This document shows, one piece after another, positions 58,502 through 64,000 of a stretch of DNA of 64,000 nucleotides. The notes beneath the pieces are model-generated. The model had not been told where the DNA came from. It ran no database searches and saw nothing but the letters and a program-made list of their open reading frames with translations. This DNA comes from Promethearchaeota archaeon (GTDB lineage Archaea; Asgardarchaeota; Lokiarchaeia; Sigyniarchaeales; SOKP01). The position numbers and the translations under genes are program-made. Within the stretch, counting starts at the first letter, position 1. Each line of letters opens with the position of its first letter. The stretch covers positions 12,004-76,003 of the forward strand of contig JBHLMP010000013.1 in NCBI GenBank assembly GCA_048938025.1, given 5' to 3'.

Positions 58502-61500
58502 TTATGGATTTATTTCATTATTACAAGTCCAGCATTTTTCTCCGTTTGCTTTTAGTGAGTAAGCACATGTCAAACAATAATGGGTTTTGCAATTCGGACA
58601 AATGTATACGGTCCCTACAATTTGTCCTTTATGGACAACGCAAATGAACTTTTGTTCTTCAACTTTTATCTCAGATTCAATTTTTTCTAATTCTTTTCTT
58701 TCTTTAGCTGTTAAATCTGATATTTTTACTTTCTTCTCAATTTTTGCTATATCTTTAATCTCACGTTTCTCTTTAATCTTAGTCGCAGCCTCAGTTAATC
58801 TACGTACTTCACCTAAATTGGGTGATAAACTTGTCTCTAAAGAGCATGCTGGTGCGATTATCCCGCTTGTACTTCTGGAGATCGAAGGCTTCCGAATGGT
58901 GTTTAAGGCTGAAATTAAAATTTTCTCTTCTTTTTCAACCATATCTAATCGTTCAAGAACTTCTTTTTCCTTATCTTTATAATTGTTTTTTCCAAAAAGT
59001 TCGGCAGCAGATCTTAAGTACATTGCTCCGATTTCTAAAAATTCTTTCCTTTTATTAAGTTCTAATTCTTCATCTGCTCTGATTAAGTGCCATATTGCGT
59101 CAAAATAAGTAGAAGTAGCTAGTGCCCAATCAGCTCCTCCTTCAAAACCTCCTTTTCGATATGATGATGAGGCACTCCTAAGCAGCATTTTAATTTTAGT
59201 ATATAAATCTGCTTTTAATCTTATATCCATTTCTTTATCAAAAATAGTTCCTTGTTCAAGTGCTTGACAAAAAGCCGAATTACCTGCTGCCAATAATTTC
59301 ATTTTACTGTCAGTAAAAAAAGTACTTGCCTTTGTGAATAAATTTCCTGCTTCAGAATATTTATTAGGATCACCATAATTTTCTGCTAATTCCATATTTT
59401 CCCAAGCTTTACATAGATAATAAACAGCTTTTTGTTCTTCCTGCTCCCTTTTCATTTTAAATAAATTACAAATCTCCCTAAATTGGGCGGCTGCTGAAGA
59501 AAATTTTTCAGCAGCAGTAATATGTTCCCCTTGTTTTCCTAAAATTCTTGCTTCTTCAAGGTTTATTCTTGCAGAACAATGATCTATCCTTACTTTAGCT
59601 AATTTCTCCAATTTTTCAATTCTCTCTTTTTCAAGCTTTTGTTTGGCATCTTTAAATGCATTTTCTAACTTTCTTATAGCTGTACCAAATTGCTTTCTAG
59701 CTTCTTCATAACATCTAATAGTTTCTTCGTATTTTTCCTGTTTACTAAATTCTTCTGCAGCTTCTTGAGATATCCAAGCAAGATAGTAAGGCGCTTCATA
59801 GTTATAATTTGGTAAATCATTTAATATTTCATATGCTCTTTTATAATTATCCTTGGCTTCAAGGTGATTTTCTTTTTTATGATTCGATTTTGCATTTTCA
59901 ATTAAATTCCATGCATGTAAGTATTCTATTTTCTCATTAATTTTATTTTTCAATGATTTAATTTTGATAGCTTTAAAAGACTTTTTATATGCATTCTGTG
60001 CTTCTTCATAATTTTTTGAGGAAATCCTGTAATTCCCTAAGCGATCTTCTAAATGAGCAAGATATTCATAAGCAGCAGCAGTGTAGGAATGAAATTTTCT
60101 TTTACTGCTCTCATCAACTACCAGTAGAAATGCCTTCTTTGCTTGCTCAAATGGTTCTATATCTCTTGTTATAATACCTAATTCTTGATATAAAAGCCCT
60201 AATCGTAGTTGAAAAGCAATATTTCCAGCGGGAGACTCAACTTCATTCCCAATATAATTCCTATGGGCCTTAATAGCTAAAGTTAAATATTTATTTTTCT
60301 CTTCTGGACTTGTTGATATGTCTGCTAAAGTTTTATAAGCACGATAAAGAGAAGAAGAGCCTGCAGCCGAAGCAAATCCACCTTCATAATTTTGCCCAAT
60401 ATTATTGGCTTTTTCTGCATAATTGAGCATTATCTTTGCATATTGCTTTTGTTCTTCTGAAGAATCAGTTAAATTGATTAATTGAGAAAACGACCATGTA
60501 AGCATTTGATATGACCATGTAAAGAAAGGCAGAAAAGAAAACGTTTCTAACGATTTTTTAGCATATTGAATTGATAACTTAGCATATTTTATCTGTTGAG
60601 ATACAGTAAAAAAACTTCTCTGAGCAAGATTAGTGTAATAGAATGTTGGGAGGAGATTTCTGTAAAAATCAGATATAATATTTAGACCTTTGTATATTTT
60701 TCCTAACTTTCTAATATCATGAAGGTCTTGAAGCATTCTTTTTTCTAAATATTTGAATCTTCTAAAAGATATTGCCATATAATTGCTAAACCATATCACG
60801 AATACTATTAATTCTTTATCCATCGTCTTTTTGCTTAAAAAAACTGAATGTTCGAAATATTCAAATGCCTTATCCGCCAAGTTCTTTTGTTCTCTAGCAT
60901 CTTCTATATATTGTATTGCATAGCCACTATATATCCCTCCAGCAAAATTATAAAGAAGTCCAAGAGTTCTATAATCCTCAGAATCTTGTATAAGCTCTAA
61001 AGATTCATCAACTTTCAAAATGTATCTCTCAAAGGTTTTTTTCCAATTTTCATCTCTCTTAAAGGGAATAATAAAAAGTTCAGTAAAAAGAAGCCTTCCA
61101 ATAGATTCTACTGATTCACCAATGATCTGAAAATTTTTAATATCTTTTGAAATATCAAAAGCTTTTTCTCCTATTCTCCTACCATTATCGCAAGCCTTAA
61201 GAATTTCACTTTTTTTAGTATAAAAACATGTCATAAAGTAACAACTCATTGCTGCTCTGTTTAATGTTCTAGCAAAACCCTCAGAATTATCTAGCTTAGA
61301 GAAAAGCTTGCTAGATTCAAGAAAAAGTTCATATGAGTATTCTATATTCTTTTTTCCTTCCGTAATTGAATTTGCGATAAGTCCTGTATAAAAACATGAT
61401 TCTGCTTCACATTCTAACTCATCAGATCTGCTTTTAATCTGTTTATAAAGAGATTTTGCTTCATTATAGGCATCTATTGTAGACTTGGTAAAACTTAAAT

Positions 61501-61717
61501 ATTCTTCTTGATTATCCGAAGTATTTGCGGCTCGAGAATATGCTAAACCAAGCATCTTATAGATCTTTGCAGCTTGTTCTTTCATCTTATTATTCAAGTA
61601 TCTGTGTACTATCTCTAGGTATAATTCCGCTGCTTTTTTCCAATTATACTCTTTTTCCTCAACCTTTGCTTGTTCTAAAATATTTGAGACTTCTTCTTCT
61701 ACACTCATGTAAAACAA
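58502..61717 (-). CDS. Large TPR-like alpha-solenoid protein with C-terminal RING-like zinc finger
   Basis: Paralog of the 51527-55372 core (EDRLGN, GADWALATS, APAC); ends CVVH...CPNC...CLTC...CWTC. Confidence 0.85.
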   Translation of the reverse strand: MFYMSVEEEVSNILEQAKVEEKEYNWKKAAELYLEIVHRYLNNKMKEQAAKIYKMLGLAYSRAANTSDNQEEYLSFTKSTIDAYNEAKSLYKQIKSRSDELECEAESCFYTGLIANSITEGKKNIEYSYELFLESSKLFSKLDNSEGFARTLNRAAMSCYFMTCFYTKKSEILKACDNGRRIGEKAFDISKDIKNFQIIGESVESIGRLLFTELFIIPFKRDENWKKTFERYILKVDESLELIQDSEDYRTLGLLYNFAGGIYSGYAIQYIEDAREQKNLADKAFEYFEHSVFLSKKTMDKELIVFVIWFSNYMAISFRRFKYLEKRMLQDLHDIRKLGKIYKGLNIISDFYRNLLPTFYYTNLAQRSFFTVSQQIKYAKLSIQYAKKSLETFSFLPFFTWSYQMLTWSFSQLINLTDSSEEQKQYAKIMLNYAEKANNIGQNYEGGFASAAGSSSLYRAYKTLADISTSPEEKNKYLTLAIKAHRNYIGNEVESPAGNIAFQLRLGLLYQELGIITRDIEPFEQAKKAFLLVVDESSKRKFHSYTAAAYEYLAHLEDRLGNYRISSKNYEEAQNAYKKSFKAIKIKSLKNKINEKIEYLHAWNLIENAKSNHKKENHLEAKDNYKRAYEILNDLPNYNYEAPYYLAWISQEAAEEFSKQEKYEETIRCYEEARKQFGTAIRKLENAFKDAKQKLEKERIEKLEKLAKVRIDHCSARINLEEARILGKQGEHITAAEKFSSAAAQFREICNLFKMKREQEEQKAVYYLCKAWENMELAENYGDPNKYSEAGNLFTKASTFFTDSKMKLLAAGNSAFCQALEQGTIFDKEMDIRLKADLYTKIKMLLRSASSSYRKGGFEGGADWALATSTYFDAIWHLIRADEELELNKRKEFLEIGAMYLRSAAELFGKNNYKDKEKEVLERLDMVEKEEKILISALNTIRKPSISRSTSGIIAPACSLETSLSPNLGEVRRLTEAATKIKEKREIKDIAKIEKKVKISDLTAKERKELEKIESEIKVEEQKFICVVHKGQIVGTVYICPNCKTHYCLTCAYSLKANGEKCWTCNNEINP

Positions 61718-61852
61718 TGTAAAATCAATAATAATTGTATTAAATTATAAATATAGAAATTCTAATTTTAATTCTATTCTTTAAATCTTTTCCAATACCA
61801 TAAATCTTTTCTTCTTATATTCAATACTTTTTCGATCTTTTAATTTCTGATT

Positions 61853-64000
61853 TTAAGGATTTATTTCATTGTTACATGTCCAACATTTTTCTCCGTTTGC
61901 TTTTAAGGAGTAAGCACATGTCAAACAATAGCATGTTTTACAATTTGGACAGATATATACAGTACCAACAATATGTCCTTTATGGACAATACAGATAAAT
62001 TTTTGTTCTTCTACTTTAATCTCAGATTCAATTTTTTCTAATTCTTTTCGTTTTTTAACTGTTAAATCTGGTTTTTTTGCATCTTTCTTGATTTTTACTG
62101 GTTCTTTAATCTCACGTTTCTCTTTAATTTTGGTTTCTGCTTCAGTTAATTTGTGCACTTCACTTAAATTCGGTGATAGACCTGACTCTATTGGGCAAGC
62201 TGGAGCACTAATTCCTATAGTACTTCCCGATATTGATGGCTTTTTTATTGTATTCAAAGCTGATATTAAAATACTTTCTTCTTTCTTGACCATTTCTAAT
62301 TGCTCAAGAACCTCTCGTTCTTTATCTTTATATTTAGCTTTGGAAAAGAGTTCTGCTGCGGATTTTAAGTACGTAGAACCAACTTCTAATAGTTCCTTCT
62401 TCTTAGTAAAGTCTAATTCCTCGTCTACATTTATTAGATGCCAGAGAGCATCGAAAAATGTTGAAGTTGCTAATGCCCAATCTGCTCCACTTTCAAAACC
62501 ACCTTTTCTATATGAAGAGGCAGCATTTCTGAGCATCGACTTTATTTTTGTATATAACTGTGATTTAAGTTTCATATCAGCTGTTTTATCGAAATTTGTG
62601 CCACATTCTAAGGCTTGACAGAAAGCTGAATTACCTAAAGCTAAAAATTTTAGTTTGGTTTCAGTAAAAAGATTACTTGCTTTTGTAAACAGTTCTGCAG
62701 CTTCTGCGAATTTAGGAGGATCTTCATAATGTTCCCCATATTCCATGCATTCCCATGCTTTACAAAGGTAAAAATTAGCTTCGAGTTCCCTACGTTCTTG
62801 TTCAACATTAAAATGGGTACAAACTTCGTTTAATTGTAAAGCTGCGCTGGCGAACTTTTCCGCTGATGCAATATGTCTGCCTTGCTTTCCAAGAACTCTT
62901 GCGTTTTCAAGATCAATTCTGGCAGAACAATAGTTCATCCTTATTTGAGCTAATTTTTTGAGTTTTTCAATTCTTACTCTCTCTTCTTTGTTTTTAATGT
63001 TTTTATAAGCTTCTTCTAGATCTCTAATTGCTGTTTCAAAGCCACCTTTAGTGAGTTCAAAACTTTCAATAGCTCCCTTTTGGTTTTCATTTTTACTAAA
63101 GTTTTCTGCTTTTTCTTGTAGAGCCCAAGTTGCATAATAACAAGATTCATAATAGAAACTCGGTAATTCTTTAAGGATTTTGCTAGCAGTCTTATAATTC
63201 TTCTTAGCATTTGAATGGTTTTCCCTTTTATGATCTTCTTTTGCTTTTTCTATAAAATTCCATGCTCGGGTATAATTTATCTTTTCTTCAACTTTATTTT
63301 TTAAAAGTCTATATTCAATATGTTTCAATGACTCATTATAAGCATCTTGAGCTTTTTGGTAATGTTCTGAAGAATTCAAGTAATTTCCCATTCTATCTTC
63401 AATGCGTGCAATATACTCATGGGCAGCAGCGGCATAAGAATGGTATCCTCGTTCATAACATTTTGATATCACGTTTGAATATATCTCCTTTACTTTCATC
63501 AAATTATCAATCTTACCTGTTGTAATTCCTAATTCTTCATACAAAAGACCTAACCGCATTTGTGCTGCTATAATGCCAGTTCTAGACCATACTGCATGCT
63601 CCATATTTTTTTCAGAGGCATCTATAGCAGCAGTTAACATCTCAACCTTTTCTTGTCTATTAGTAGCATTATCTGAGAGAGTTTTATAAGCTCTAAATAG
63701 AGATGAGTAACCTACAGCTCTCGAAAATCCTCCCTTGTATTTTTCACCAATATCATTGGCTTTTAAAGCAGATTGAAGCATTTCGTGGATATATTCTTCT
63801 CTTTTTTCTTTAGAAATATCGAGATTGATTAATTGTGAGTAAGACCAAGTTGACATTTGATAGGGCCATCCAAAATAAGGTCTAAAAGCAAGTTTAATTA
63901 AAGCTTTTTTAGCATAGTCGATGCCCTTTTTAGCATAAGACTTTCTTTGATCTAATGTAAAAAAACTCCTATGTGAAACGGTAGCATAATAAAAAGCAGG
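61853..64000 (-). CDS. TPR-like alpha-solenoid protein with C-terminal RING-like zinc finger, 5' end beyond the window
   Basis: Frame stays open from 63856 to 64000 (PAFYYATVSHRSFFTLDQRKSYAKKG...), aligning with the paralog's PTFYYTNLAQRSFFTVSQQ; same C-terminal finger. Confidence 0.85.
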   Translation of the reverse strand, partial: PAFYYATVSHRSFFTLDQRKSYAKKGIDYAKKALIKLAFRPYFGWPYQMSTWSYSQLINLDISKEKREEYIHEMLQSALKANDIGEKYKGGFSRAVGYSSLFRAYKTLSDNATNRQEKVEMLTAAIDASEKNMEHAVWSRTGIIAAQMRLGLLYEELGITTGKIDNLMKVKEIYSNVISKCYERGYHSYAAAAHEYIARIEDRMGNYLNSSEHYQKAQDAYNESLKHIEYRLLKNKVEEKINYTRAWNFIEKAKEDHKRENHSNAKKNYKTASKILKELPSFYYESCYYATWALQEKAENFSKNENQKGAIESFELTKGGFETAIRDLEEAYKNIKNKEERVRIEKLKKLAQIRMNYCSARIDLENARVLGKQGRHIASAEKFASAALQLNEVCTHFNVEQERRELEANFYLCKAWECMEYGEHYEDPPKFAEAAELFTKASNLFTETKLKFLALGNSAFCQALECGTNFDKTADMKLKSQLYTKIKSMLRNAASSYRKGGFESGADWALATSTFFDALWHLINVDEELDFTKKKELLEVGSTYLKSAAELFSKAKYKDKEREVLEQLEMVKKEESILISALNTIKKPSISGSTIGISAPACPIESGLSPNLSEVHKLTEAETKIKEKREIKEPVKIKKDAKKPDLTVKKRKELEKIESEIKVEEQKFICIVHKGHIVGTVYICPNCKTCYCLTCAYSLKANGEKCWTCNNEINP

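Noticed and set aside
55569-61717. Beta-propeller plus solenoid-RING as a split protocoatomer
   Set aside because: The propeller protein has a signal peptide and a C-terminal anchor (extracellular), whereas the solenoids look cytoplasmic.
2768-63525. Many short antisense or nested ORFs in the track (e.g. 3870-4178, 20477-20824, 58587-58982, 62088-62618)
   Set aside because: They are shadows of well-supported genes. The similarity between 58587-58982 and 62088-62618 only mirrors the paralogous genes on the opposite strand.
63856-64000. Track start at 63856 implying a truncated 667-aa paralog or pseudogene
   Set aside because: The frame is open to the window end and aligns with the full-length paralog, so this is a window-edge artefact.

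Overview
AT-rich archaeal chromosomal DNA. The most likely source is an Asgard archaeon of the Lokiarchaeia type, inferred from archaeal ribosomal genes (uS15, eS1), a longin/roadblock-like protein, a Loki-CTERM-like sorting tail and Cys-rich zinc-finger tails. Housekeeping and metabolic content includes tRNA-Val(GAC), pgk, larB/larC/nikR, a short histone, GHMP kinase, rubrerythrin, Sir2, GlmU, acyl-CoA dehydrogenase, RdgB, an RNase III family gene, three tandem alpha/beta hydrolases, two HdrD-like oxidoreductases and a PhoU-type regulator. Two candidate undescribed systems stand out. (1) Three paralogous large alpha-solenoid (TPR-like) proteins (51527-64000) share a core ending in a conserved APAC motif and carry different C-terminal modules: a nitrilase with an intact E-K-C triad, or a RING-like zinc finger. 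(2) A 16 kb operon-like cluster (20350-36388) in which a MacB/LolD-type ATPase with extra N- and C-terminal domains and two large FtsX-type permeases flank a 1340-aa surface protein and a 1607-aa membrane-anchored subtilase with a cytoplasmic zinc-ribbon tail. No CRISPR array, rRNA or transposase was seen. All calls come from reading motifs by eye; no database search was run.
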